From Chrysomallon squamiferum (lineage: Eukaryota; Animalia; Mollusca), in the NCBI GenBank assembly GCA_012295275.1, contig CM022679.1, positions 3,658,001 through 3,722,000 on the forward strand: a DNA stretch of 64,000 nucleotides, read 5' to 3'. The first letter of the stretch is position 1. Each line of letters opens with the position of its first letter. Shown here one piece after another: positions 1 through 13,536 of the stretch. The notes beneath the pieces were generated by a model. It was not told the DNA's origin. It saw nothing but the letters and a program-made list of their open reading frames with translations, and ran no database searches. Made by a program: the position numbers and the translations under genes.

Positions 1-244
1 TTGCTTCATTAGTCAGTAAGCTGATTAAATAGCAGCTGGGTGTGACATGTGGTAGACAACCATTATGACACCAGTGTTGTGATTTGTAACCACTATAACA
101 GAATCACGATATTTGAAATATTCACAGTGATACTTTGAATCCATATCTTATTTAACACTAATCCTGTAATATACTAACACAAACAACAAAATAGGTAGAA
201 AGAAATATAACAATAACGTATTACATCAGGAAAGAATAGGACAA

Positions 245-282
<38 letters not shown>

Positions 283-306
283 CAACAACAACAACAACGA
301 CAACAA
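245..306. repeat. (AAT)n(AAC)n microsatellite
   Basis: Direct reading. Confidence 0.9.
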
Positions 307-879
307 TTTTCAAATCCCTTTCATGAGAAACAGTTACATTTAAAACATTATTTATTTCTAAATTTTGATCGTAGTTTCTTAAAAAAAAAAAATATATATA
401 TATATAAAAAAAAATTATAAAAATATTAATAATGGTAATAACATCATAATTCCACTATAACTGGACGATGTCTAGTGCGTTCTATGACAAACTCAGTTAC
501 AAAGAATTTCGGGGATTAGTGCACAATTTGAATACCACTTATTAAATTATATTTTTTTAACATTTAGAATTTATAATGTCTTACACACAAAACATGGACT
601 GCTCACATAAAGTACACACGTACGAGAACACAAACACACACACACACACATCTTCAAAGATGCCTGAATACGCTTTATGTTCTAATACACACAAGCAAGA
701 GATCCATAAACATAAACATTACATTCACTCTTGCACATACACAGTCAGACATATATATACTCGAGCAGCCATACAAATACATCTAATCATCCATACACAC
801 GTCAACGCATGCATAAACACAACGCATTCAGACTCGAGCGTGTGCTATTATTCTACAGGTGAATTTCTATAAAGCATAT

Positions 880-1353
880 GCTGCGTCAAAACATCGGTCT
901 CCGAACTGACATTCCTTTCATCTTCAGATCAACACCGAACGGGCAAAACATGTGTTCTTTACCCTGGCCGGGTCGATGCAGTAACTTCATCAAAGTGACA
1001 AGGCCAGCAGCCTCATTACGGCCCGATAGAAAGCGAAAGCATTCAATTAAGCCGAACCAATAGGTATGGCATGCCTGATCCATTAGTCGTATTAAACGAT
1101 CGTTCTGATAGCCACGTTTAGTGCATGCACAGAAGAAGCACGATTGTCTATGAAGCCAGAGAGTTGTTTTCGTTGATCACTGCGGTCCCAGATAAGACTG
1201 ACTGATAACAATCCAGCAAGAACTTGATCTACTTTTTTTTAATTCTCTCTCTCTCTTTCTTTCTCTTTGAGAAGCGGATCGAACTGTCAGAGTAAGAGAC
1301 GGGAATTGTCGCCTGGTAGTTAGTTATTGGTGATCGAAGAAGCACTGATAAAG
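880..1353 (+). promoter_or_regulatory. Candidate distal promoter and non-coding first exon (~1120-1353)
   Basis: CpG-rich island, CCAAT ~1057, TATTAAA 1090-1096, Inr-like TTAGT at 1118, donor aag|gtaaga at 1354 followed by AT-rich intron-like sequence. Confidence 0.45.
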
Positions 1354-4300
1354 GTAAGAATGAGAATTTGTAGTGTATGTATTTATAAAATACTGAGATC
1401 ATTGTTAAAAGTTTTTATTTTTAATATTTTTTTTATTTATTGTTATTATGCGATTTATAGTGTATATCAAGATCATACAATTAATTGGAAATACTGAATA
1501 TACATTTAGCAGAAGAAAAAAGCCTTCTGTTTAAATGGATACCTTTCGAAAATAAAGTATCGATATATTATTGATTGCATGAGAATGTGCACATATACAT
1601 TATGTTCTGTGAAGTGTTTATCAGAATAGCTGTAAGGTATTTGCAAATGTATGTGCGTGTTTGTGGTTTTATTTTCGCTCGCGCGTTTCTTTTTGGATGT
1701 TCTTAATTTAATTATTTTTCACTGTTTCTCTTTAAGTATTATTTCAGTCAGTGGAAACCTGATCTCACTTCTTGTATGACAGCTGTTATTCTAACCTAGA
1801 TGGCTGTAATTTACTTCAGCGTCGCAGCTTTAAATAGATTTTTAGAGCGAAAACCATCAGAAATAATTTATTTTATTTGTGTCAATTAGACCTGACAGGT
1901 ATACACAGCGGAGTTCACTGAACTGTTTAAATAATGACGTAAAATCGAAATGTAAAAATTTCGTAAAACATCATAATACAGCTGTTGTCAGTAAACAGAC
2001 AATAAATATCAAGATGAAAGAGATTTATGACAAGTCATTACAATGATTTTGGAAACGTAATATGACTATCGATTATAATAAATATTAAACTGTTTAAGTG
2101 TGTAGAATTCAGTTAAGACCCTTTTGTAATATAGCTGTTCAAACAAATATTGTGTAAAATATTAAATACAGAGTTTAATATTTTAATACAAGATTAAGTT
2201 TTAATCTGTAATTTCAGACAACAGTTAACTATTTATCCTCCGATGTGCGATTCTGCTATAGAGTTTTGTGAACTATTAAAATAAAGATCAGAATTTATTT
2301 CTTGCTGTCTGAACGAATAAAAGAATTATTGTAAATGTTTCAAGTAGTTGTCTTAACATAAACGTGTCTTAACAAGTATATATTCTAGATGTGTAAGGTA
2401 AAGTAATAGGTTTGTTTATTTTAGATTTTATATAACTGAAGACTATTAGACTGGACTTGACAGAACTGTCAATCACAAATCTCTTAGTTTGTATATATTT
2501 ATTACTTCTTCATTTACATTGTGTGTCCAAATATACATATTCCCATGAAAATACAAAAAAATACACATACAGAATAGACAAATACACAGTATAACGAACA
2601 GCCAAAGCACATACTGATATCTACACGTATTTCTTAATTTGTAATCTTAAGCACATTCATCTCCATTTTGTTAAGCGATATCTCATATTGCCGTTCTTTT
2701 GTAAATAATAGCCAATATGGTATTGTTATTAACTTATTTACATACTTTTGCCTTTAAGATTTGATTGTAGTTGGACTGTTGTATCTCTTGGATCTAAGAA
2801 AAAAAGAATAAGTGCAAGATTAATATTGTAGTCATTTTATGAATACAATAATGATACATGATTATAATAGAGCTATTGTTAGCTAATTAAGATTATACTG
2901 TTCCATCAATGTAATTACAATATCGCTGTAATATCTGGTAATAGACTTTATTTTTTTTTACTGTTATTATGCCTTTGTTACAGAATTATTTTTATGTACG
3001 TATTAATATGAATATACTTGTGTATCGTTATAAATATAATATATGCTGTTGTATTTGAACATCTACAGACATTATTATTTTTTTTAGTACAGTGCGTCTA
3101 ACGTTACCTTGAGTATAGCATGTAATTACTTGTATTAATTAAATTATCAAACCATTTATAATAAGTATTGTTATTAATATTACAGACTGTTACAATTATG
3201 CTATCGTAAGTACATATCAATACACCTACACCTTTTAAATATTTTATTTAACGGCAAAAATATATCTCAGTTTATCTAAGAGAAAAAAAAAACGATGTTT
3301 ATACAGACACATTTAATTCACCTACTGGTTGACACACTCAGTATTGATTTAAATTTTTATTTTTCACACAGTTGCGCTGGATAATTGTCATCCAGTTAAA
3401 GCGACAGAACAGCCAGGGATTTGTGTTTAAAGTTGTGTCAGTTCTGCTGAGTTGTTTTACGATCCTCCGCTGAGAAACTTCGCGATCCATTATCGCCAGT
3501 GGAAAAGTGTTAAGTCAGTTTTTTTTTACATGGGTAAGCTGTATTAAACGTAGGAAAGGGAAAAGAATACGAGAGAGAGAGGGAAAAAACACCTCAAAAA
3601 CAAAAAAAAACCCTCAAATAACAAATAAAAACATTTTGTGATAGTTTATATGATAAAAGAAGAACAGAAAATGCATGAACGAACGTGTAGGTGAACAAAA
3701 GACATGTATGAATATCATTTTAAGAAATTAAATCTGGGATGATATAATCAATGCTGTATCATTTAGATCAAATGCAAACCCATTCACACGAATGAATGAA
3801 TAATTACTGGTGAACCGACAGCTCATTATGTTTTTGAATAAATAATTTTAAACAATATATAACAAATACACTATTTTTAACTGATACAAAAAGCCTTGAA
3901 GACGAAAAAAATACATACAATTTTGTTTCAAATGTTTGAATATTTGTATACTGAATATGCCATTACGATAACACAGAGATATTAACTGTAGCCATGATTC
4001 TTATCGATTAGCTGTAAGGAATTTTTTGCATGCATATATCATAGACATGAAAGTACGTCATAGCATGACCTTTGATAAACCAGTCCTGGGGAAAACGATG
4101 GAACAGAAAATGGCCTAGGGGGCGCTCCAGTGAATGTTAACCTGCACTTTGTTAAAAAGGACTAAAATAGAAACTACTGTGAAAATATATTTATATATAA
4201 ATATATACATCGTTTTTTGCAAGTTTTTTTGAGATTGTTGGACTTTTATCATGTAACGAATACTACAGTAACATAAATTCTAACATATATATGTGTGTAT

Positions 4301-5228
4301 GTTTGTATGCATGTAAATATGCATGTATCTATGTATCTATGTTAGCATCCATGCATGTATCTATGTATCTATGCATCTGAATACACACAGGGACGACTTT
4401 AACATGCATTTTTATGCTGATAGCTGAATCAAAATCTCGAGGGATATCTCAGAATATTTTTTCTAATATTTTATCACTTTTAATTTGATTCTGTTTAGAA
4501 CCTGCTTCCATTTCCTGCTGGCTGTGATTTCATGGTAAACATTTGTTCCTTTGTTGTTCGGTCGGAGTTGATAACTGTTTAGCATGCGTGCAACGCTTCT
4601 GTTGTTTGTAATGCAATGTAGTATGCTGATTCTTTATGAAAAATGCGCAGAGCCAACAGCCAAATCTAATTATAAAGATCCATCATGGCCACAACAGATA
4701 GCGCCAGAAATTCAATAATGACATCTGGCAGGCTTGTGTGCCTCTCCGAAATGTTATCTTAACCTTAGAAATCCATTTAAATTGGACGTTCAGACAAGTT
4801 TGATAATGCATGACTGTTCGATCTATTTATTTCTGTATTTCTCTGCAGTACACTAGAAAGTTTTTCATTTCTCCCCCGTCTGGTTTCTTTTATAATATTA
4901 CGGGACGTAAAGATCTTCAGCACATCAAGTGTGATGGCTAACAGTGTTCTTTATGCGACAGATCCAATCTTGGTCAAAAGAAACCAAAGATAAAAAGCAA
5001 TCCTTTTGGAAAATAGGATGGCCACGAAAAGGCATCGATCAGAGCAACCCGTAAAGAGGCTGACTTCAGTGAAGCGCCGCAAAAACCTTGCTGAAGTGTC
5101 ACGAGTTCTTTATTGAGTTTCCTAAAAGCACTGGAAACTAATGTCCATTACTTGCAAATGTTTTTCTACGGTTTTTTTTTTTAATTCTTTTTGGTTTTAT
5201 ATTTGCTTTTTTCTTTCTTCTTCTTGTT

Positions 5229-5261
<33 letters not shown>

Positions 5262-6870
5262 ATGGGGACAGTGTTTGTTTAGTTGTTTGATGTTTATTTA
5301 TTTATTTTTTTTCAAGTTCAACCTACTAAATACCGTTTAACAAATGACGTTAAACGGTATTAAACTTTGCACCTATCAATATCTTTGACAAGATTTACAA
5401 ATTAATTTATATTTTACTTTTATTTTATTTTGGCTAATCGTCAAAGCCCACTTGTTGCTTTATACACCAGTGCACACAGACATGTCTACAGACAAATATC
5501 CTAAATAGATGATGTAAGATTAGTCATATGGCACAGATCCGACAACAGACTTCGTTGGTGCAGAATCAATCCTCTTGAATTCATTGAGCCACTGTTTATT
5601 TTGCCGTTCCAACCACTATCAGTTAAGTCATTTATGATATGTTTTCTTGCATTTAAAAGACTCAAAAGTTTACTTGGTGTTTACCAACATTCCATGGAAT
5701 AACATTTGCTGTTTTCTTCTTTCATATTAGACAAAATCTTTATTTTACATCTTACAAAGATTATTATGAAATTAATTACTTCATCATTTTCAGTGGGAAA
5801 AGTAAATAATGCATCTCACTTTGTACTGACAAATTTATTACTATGTCGTTATAATTTTTTTTTATTATTATTAAAATCAATTTCTATCAGAGTGTATGTA
5901 ATTTGAAACTGACAGAATAATATTCGAAAAATTATAGAACAACGTGATGAAAATAATTATGTGTATTTAAAATTCAAACACTTAGGCGAAATGTCAAGCT
6001 TTTTCTGAAATTAAGCCAAACCTACATGATATGTTTTTGTATGCGTTCATTAACTAGATGCGTATTTTACAAATATCAGCATTTTAAAACAAATGTTGAT
6101 AAAAGCCAGCAACATTTAAAATGAAAAAAAAAAAAAAAAAAAAAGGTTTTTGCGATGACAAATTGAAGTCAGTCATATTCTTAACGCCAGATCTGTTGGT
6201 TTTTTTTTTTTCTTTTCTACATCTATTTTTCTCGTTTCCTTTTCACGATTCGCCATACTGCACATTTATTTTGAAATTCCCAAAGTGTTTCGAGACTGAA
6301 GTTGGACACGATTCGTGTGATTTGTTGAGCTGTTACTGCGTGCTCATTAGCCGAGTGATCATGTCCCTTGGCCCCATGTTGTTCTGTGTGACATCCTGCA
6401 AATCTTCAGAGTCTTGTAAAATAAATGATTTTGTCGACGCCATTAAGGCAAAAATCTCTTTGGAGAGGTTATCGACTGCGGTTCTTTTCGTTATTTGTAG
6501 CTAAATGTAATTGTAGATGGGGAAAATATACTTGCAAGAACGCAGAAAGAGAAACAGAGGGAAACGGAAGGAGATCTGGACTGAGGTGTTTTATTTCGTG
6601 TACGAGTTGGATGCAGAATCCCCAGCGCATTACTAAGATAATTAGTTACCGTTCGTAGAGGAAGAATAAAAAAAGACAACAATTCTTCTTTGTCTCAGTT
6701 TTTTTTTTTTTTTTTTTCTTATCTTCCTAATATTTCTTACTGTTTCTCTGGGTGTGAGTGTGATCGGTATCAATACAGTTAAAACTGAGAATTGATACTA
6801 GTGTAATACAAGGCGAGGTACGTCATTACATATGAAAAAGATATCTTGCTGCTGATCTGTATCAGTAGTT

Positions 6871-6891
6871 TGTTTACACGTGATGACGTCA
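6871..6891. promoter_or_regulatory. Composite forkhead/E-box/CRE element
   Basis: TGTTTAC, CACGTG and TGACGTCA within tgtttacacgtgatgacgtca. Confidence 0.4.
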
Positions 6892-8167
6892 GGTTTATAT
6901 TCTCATATTTTCATCACACGTTATTCGTTTCTGTGTCTCCTGATTATGCTCAAACACTACGATCCTCGTTGTACTGTAGAATTGCTACATATATTTTACA
7001 GCTTCACAGTTCAGACTCTAGTGATCATCATGAGCGCAATTTATCAAGGAATACAAATTTTATATCAAAATACTCAGATACAACCGAGATCAAAGTTCAA
7101 GATATCCACAAACAACTTCGACCACAGTTTAAAGAAAACATAAACAATTAAAAAAATAATAAAAAATAATAATAATAATAATGAAATAAATAAATAAATA
7201 AAAAAACATATATATATATATATATATATTAAAAAAAACTCCACATACGATTGTTCAAAGAGACTCCTAGCTAAATAAAATAATCTTGAGATCTGAGTTA
7301 ATTATTTATTATTATCATCAGCAGCGGGACCACCATCACCTCGTCAATGCCATTATCAGTTTCACTAATTCACAACATGTTAGGAAAAGGAAAAACGTTG
7401 AAACAACGCTTCGCCATCATTGCGTGATCAAGTCCATTAACAACCGTCACTAGACACTCTCAGAAGACACATTTATTCTTCAGGCGCATCCCGATAACAA
7501 TAAAACAGCCACCACTCGGTCAATATTTAGTTATTTATTTTCTGACAATACCACTGCCGTCTTCTAACGTACACACATGTAATAAAAGCAACAAATCCTG
7601 TCGTGAAAACATGCAGTCGTTTACAAAAAAATCAGTTAATTATTTACGAGGTCTTCTTTTATTTTTCTTAATTTCCTTTCATTTTAAACAACTTGTGGCA
7701 AACGAAAACAAAACGTGACAGAAATATCGCAGCTATCTATAATCGAACTCCAGAAACATTAAGCTAAGACTTGGAAAAAAGCTATTACGATTGATCGTTT
7801 ATTAAAGGACAATTTTGTGTCAATATTTCCAATGATTCGCCTGCAGGAAAGAACATCTTGGCGTCAATACCACCTTTAATAGCATGTGTGATGAATCGAT
7901 AAAATTGCTGCTTTAAGGCGACACACTAAACGATATGTATTTTTTTATTTATTTTCGATACAATATATTTTCTTAACGATTATGTAAAACGTTGCAAAAT
8001 ATAAATGTTAAGAATGAATCAGAGCCCAAAACATTTTGATTCCCAACTGAAGAAAAACCAAAAAACAAAATAAATGGAATAATAACAACAAGGACAATAA
8101 TAACTGCATCAATGTGATCACCAGCTACAGTTTCATGAACGTTAACACAGCACGATGAATTCAACGG

Positions 8168-8246
8168 CAGCTACTACTACTACTTCTGTCACTGCTAATT
8201 TTTCTACTAACATTGTTACCCCGTCTCCTAATACTACTACTACTGC

Positions 8247-8280
<34 letters not shown>

Positions 8281-8431
8281 TATTATTAACCTCACTACTA
8301 CTACTAGTACAACAACAACTACTACTACTACTACTATTATTAACCTCACTACTACTACCACTGCGACTACTACTACTGCTGCTACTACTACTATTATTAT
8401 TATTGTTATTGTTGTTGTTGTTGTTGTTGTT
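8168..8431. repeat. Compound trinucleotide microsatellite (CTA/TTA/CAA/TTG) with internal duplication
   Basis: Direct reading; attattaacctcactactac occurs twice. Confidence 0.9.
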
Positions 8432-11400
8432 ATAGATAAGAAATATAAGTTTTGATTGTACACAGCAGTATTTCTTTGAGCTTAACACATTGCTTAAATT
8501 TTGTGTAGGTTTGTATGATTGAGAAACTATTTTGACATTGAACATAGATCGATAATTCAATTAAAATAAACTTCATCCACAGTGTGACATGAAATATGAA
8601 TTGCGGAAGCAGTATGCGATTTGAGAAAGGCATGTGCTGAAGTCAATCACATTTTCAAGTAACTCTTCTACCTTTTTTCAAATTTGAAATATGAAATAAT
8701 TGACTGAGTCGATACGCTAACTGACACAAAACAAGACAGACAATCAATACTATCCATATTAAAATAAATCTGTTGTTGTTGTTGTTGTTCTTGTTGTTGT
8801 TGTTGTTGTTATTATTATTATTATTTTATTGGTATTGATATTAAAGTTATTTCTGTATTTATTGTTGTCTAAACAAGAATATTTTACCATTAATATGGTT
8901 TTTCTCCATTTGATTATGTATCTGTTTATCTATCTGTCTTTATATCTATCTAACTATCTATCTGACTATCTATCTATTTATCTACCTTTTTATCTATTTG
9001 TCTGTATCTATGTCTACCTGACTCACTGGTAGTCTGTTTGTCTATGAATCCATTAATATGTAGAACATAAAATTTCATAAATTAAATACCTTCAATAACT
9101 ATTTATTTAGTTAACAGATTTACTGTACAACCTTTTTTTTCTCTTCTCTTTTCTTCTTTTTAAAAATGTATTAGCTGTACGATCTAAACACTGTTATTTT
9201 CGAACTGAAGTATCTGACAAGTTAAATGCCATCAATCACTATTTATTTAGGATACACTAAATTTAATTCTGGTAATAGATCGTGGATAATTTGGTCTACG
9301 CTACTTATCCACTTAACAAGAAAGACGAAAATGGAAAATTGATTAGATAACTGTATTATTGAGCTGCTGTTACTTTTCCTACGTAATTACGTATTTTTAT
9401 TTCTTATTGAGTTTGTGTGTAAATGTGGATATGTGTGTGTTTGTATATATTTATGTATATACGTATGGATGGATGGATGGATGGATGGATGCAAGTATGT
9501 ATATACTATATATATATGAATGCAGAGATATATGTGTCTGTGTATATCTGTATGTTTGTATTTATATAAGTCCTATATGTAAGATTGTATGCATGCATAT
9601 ACGTGTATATGTTTGTAGGTATGTACAGATATGTAAATGTATGAATGTATATTAACTTGGTTTGTAGAATTTTAAAATGTAGCATGAGGGAAGTGACTAG
9701 ATTACGTATATGCATATATAACTGGATCTATTTAGGCCTGAATATTTTCGGTCCTTTGTACGTCTGGATTAGACTGCACATAGAAGTATGTGGGAACTCA
9801 CTAGCACAGGATGACAAAGACCATTCACGACTTCACAAACCCATCAGATTGTTCTGTATTTTGTTTCTGGTAAATTTATTGAGGTTTTAATTTGTTTTAG
9901 ATCAATTTCTTTTTCTTTCTTCCTTCTATTCCTGACTCCTTGTTTTTCCTCATCTTTTTAATTCGCTGCTCGTCAGTGTTCACCTTATTCTTCCTTATTC
10001 GTCATTTTCTGCTTGCAACCTCCTTTTTTCTTCTTCTTTTATTAGTTTAAGGTGAAAATGACTCAACTTATTAACACTTCCCCTTCTTTTGATTATTTAT
10101 GGAACCTCCCAGAGCAAAACGAAAATCGAAGTTGAAAGAATCAGTAGTCATTTGTTTTTCTTTTTCGAGGTGAGTTAAAGCCATTAACGGCCGCCATGTA
10201 GCCAATTATTCTAAGCTTTTCAGCTATTATACGTGCAGCACGACTCTTGGGAAATCTCCTTTTAAATACTTACCAGTGGGGGAAAACGCTGATATCAATA
10301 AATGTAATTTTTATCAACATCTCTTGTCACTACATTACATAGCGTTTTTCTGGTCTGCTGCTTCTTCCATCAGCTTCGTTGACTCTCCGTGTTGACATAT
10401 TTCATTCCTCGGTCGATTTTCCTTTCTACTGTCGGACTACAGCAAAAACAAATAAAAACCAGGGTTCCCGTGGTGCACGTAATAACGCCCAGTGGCTTGC
10501 CTCTGTTATCTTAATTATGAAAAAGTCAGCGCCTTTATGACTGTCGTGGTTAGCGAACCTTGCAGACTGCAGAATAATGATCAAGGACATAATGGCGATC
10601 CTCGGCACAGTCAACGTTAACGCCTACAGCTACGCGCCTGAAGTATTCTGAATACAAGTTGCCGAACACGAAAATGGGAAATTTAATGACGTCTTCTAAC
10701 TAATTTTATTCCTACGTTTAATATCATTTTGGCATATGATTAAATTAAGATTTTCATTCTGAGTGCTTGTTCTAGCTGTTTAAGTGAAAGCAGTAGTGTT
10801 CGTTAAATCGGATAATCACAAAACCTGACTGAGTGAATTTATAGGCAAAATGAAATGGAGAAAAGAAAATCTATCCAGTGATGTATATAATTGTATCAAC
10901 TCAAACATGAAACAATGACTTCAGTGAATATGTTTTTATTTCTTAAATATATATATAATCAGGTATCAGAGGAGAGAAGTGAGGCCATCAGAAGCAGAAA
11001 CTATTTGGTCATAAGAAGATTATTTCGTCCTGAGGCGCATCTGTTTGATCTACCGAAGAATGAGAAGAAATATTTATATACAAATTAAAACCTTTATTCG
11101 TTTGACATTTCAGTTCTAGCAACTGATACACCTATTTATTTTTTGTTCGTACGTTTATGTATCATGTTGCTTCTAAAATCATAAATCTTATTAATACCTG
11201 AAATCAAAATATCGGATGTAACTCTGAAAATGTCATGAAATCTAATATGAATTTGTAATTTTTTCATGACACACTCATTCATTATATGATTTGTTGTTGC
11301 TATCAGATGACACTAAGTTGTATATTATTTATTTTCCAACAAAGCGTCATTTCACTGATTATTTATATTGAAAGTATATATATATATATATGTAGACGTA

Positions 11401-13436
11401 CTCACACACTGACATGTATACTACGTATTGCATATGACGGACGCCTTGGTATAAATACTTTATCTTTTTCTCCTCATAAACTAATGCAGAGGATTCCTGG
11501 GTGTATACAATTACTAACTAATTGATAATCCGATACGTAGATTGTTACTGTAGGAAAATAATGAATTATAGCAAATGTCACAGAGACAGAGGCTATTATT
11601 AATATTTTAGTTATATGAATCAGTTTCATCAGGAAATGAGAAATGTAATACATTCATCGACGTAAGAAATAAATAAAAAATGCGACAAACAATTTATCTT
11701 AATCATTTTGCATCCATACGTACTTATGTCCAGTTATAAACCTGAAGAAAACAAATCCTAAAATAAGATCTGCTGTGACAGCGGAAGCAATGATTAATGA
11801 TCAGCTGTATTCAGTGAGACAAACTTGTAAAAGAAAAGTAGGGAATAAAGGTAGTGAGAAGATTACGTTAATGTATGTATGTATGTATGTATGCATGTAT
11901 GAATGTATCAGCGTTTGAATTAATAATCGGGAAAGCATTAGTCTTACACCTTCTGACCGTGGTAAAATAAATATCATACACTACCAAGTGTGACTTATGA
12001 CGATCGTAATAAAATGTCTGTATTTCTGTCTGCCCGTTACTAAACCAGGAAGCTTTTGTCGAGCGTACATTGCTGTTACTGCCTTCATAAATAAATCAAT
12101 TTGTTGTTGCCATTGTTTGATAATTAGTATCTCGGTTGGAAACGAATATTTGCGATTTTCATTGCAGCACATAAATAATAAATACAGACTTTATTCAAAA
12201 TCGGCTCTTCGACTGGGACACCGTGAAACTATCGCAAAGGGAAAGATTCTGCTTTCCGATCGTGGAAACAATAGGTGTCAGAAATAACCGTTTGTCCCTA
12301 CGGGAATGGAAATAATCACGGGCTTTTTGTCAACAAAGACGTTATTAGCACGGGACAATTGATGCCGGAATCCGGCAGGCGGTACACGGTAAGAGTTTTA
12401 TAATATCCTCGCAATTACTGCGAGTGTACACACACGCCCAGCACATGATGTTCTTTCGCAACAAAGTCGCGCTGATGCCATAGATTACCATGAAATGGAC
12501 GTTTTGCATCGTGGAAAGTGGATCTCTAATGACGATGTCTGCTCAGTAACTACGATAATTTGAATTTAATATCTGCTTGATAATCATTTTATTATGCATC
12601 TTTCCAAACTGAAGGATTCGGCAATGGTGATTCTGTACATTAGACCGCGTGGATTTTTTTTCTCACGTTTTTTCAAATTTTAATTTGTTTCTCACTGTGA
12701 AAGTCAGTGTCACAATGTTCTCACTTCTGATATCAGAATTTTGACACATTTTATGGACCAGTTCTACAAATTATGAGAATTTAATGCATTTGATACCATA
12801 TAGAATTTTTATTGTTCATTAAATGAACTCTATTTATGTAAATGCAGTAGCATATGGAGATGCAACAACTTCAAAAGACTTTACTTTTTGGAGTTAAAAA
12901 GCTTATAATTGTATCACACATTTATCTGGCTTAGTCTCACTCAAATAAGGTGACCTTTATGAACAAAAGTGATTTTGATGTACAATGTGTTGAAAGGAGC
13001 TTACTGTTTTGTCATACAGTTAGCAACTAGATGAATACGTCAGAATATACACATTTCAGATTACTTTCTTTATCTGTTTACTGAACAGTTATGTATCTAA
13101 GTTAAAAATAAATGCATAAATATATAAAGAAATAAAGAAAGAAAGAAAGAAAGAAAGAAAGAATAAACATTCATAGATTATTTTTTTAAAAAGATAAAAG
13201 ATGCCTCAATAACAGGGGCTGAACGAAAACATTAATTGGTGCAATAAATAAAGGGTTGTCGCTGCTGCTGCTTTTGATGTGATGATGATATTGATCACAT
13301 TTCTCCCAAATCGATTATTTTGTAATATTGGATAAATAAAGATTAATGAAAACATAAAGTGTGTTGCAGTGTATGTTTTAAAACTTTTATTGTTGCTAAT
13401 AATGATGATGACAGTCACAGTGATAATGATAACATT

Positions 13437-13447
13437 TTCTTCTTCTT

Positions 13448-13535
<88 letters not shown>
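13437..13535. repeat. (CTT)n(ATT)n microsatellite
   Basis: Direct reading. Confidence 0.95.
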
Positions 13536-13536
<1 letters not shown>

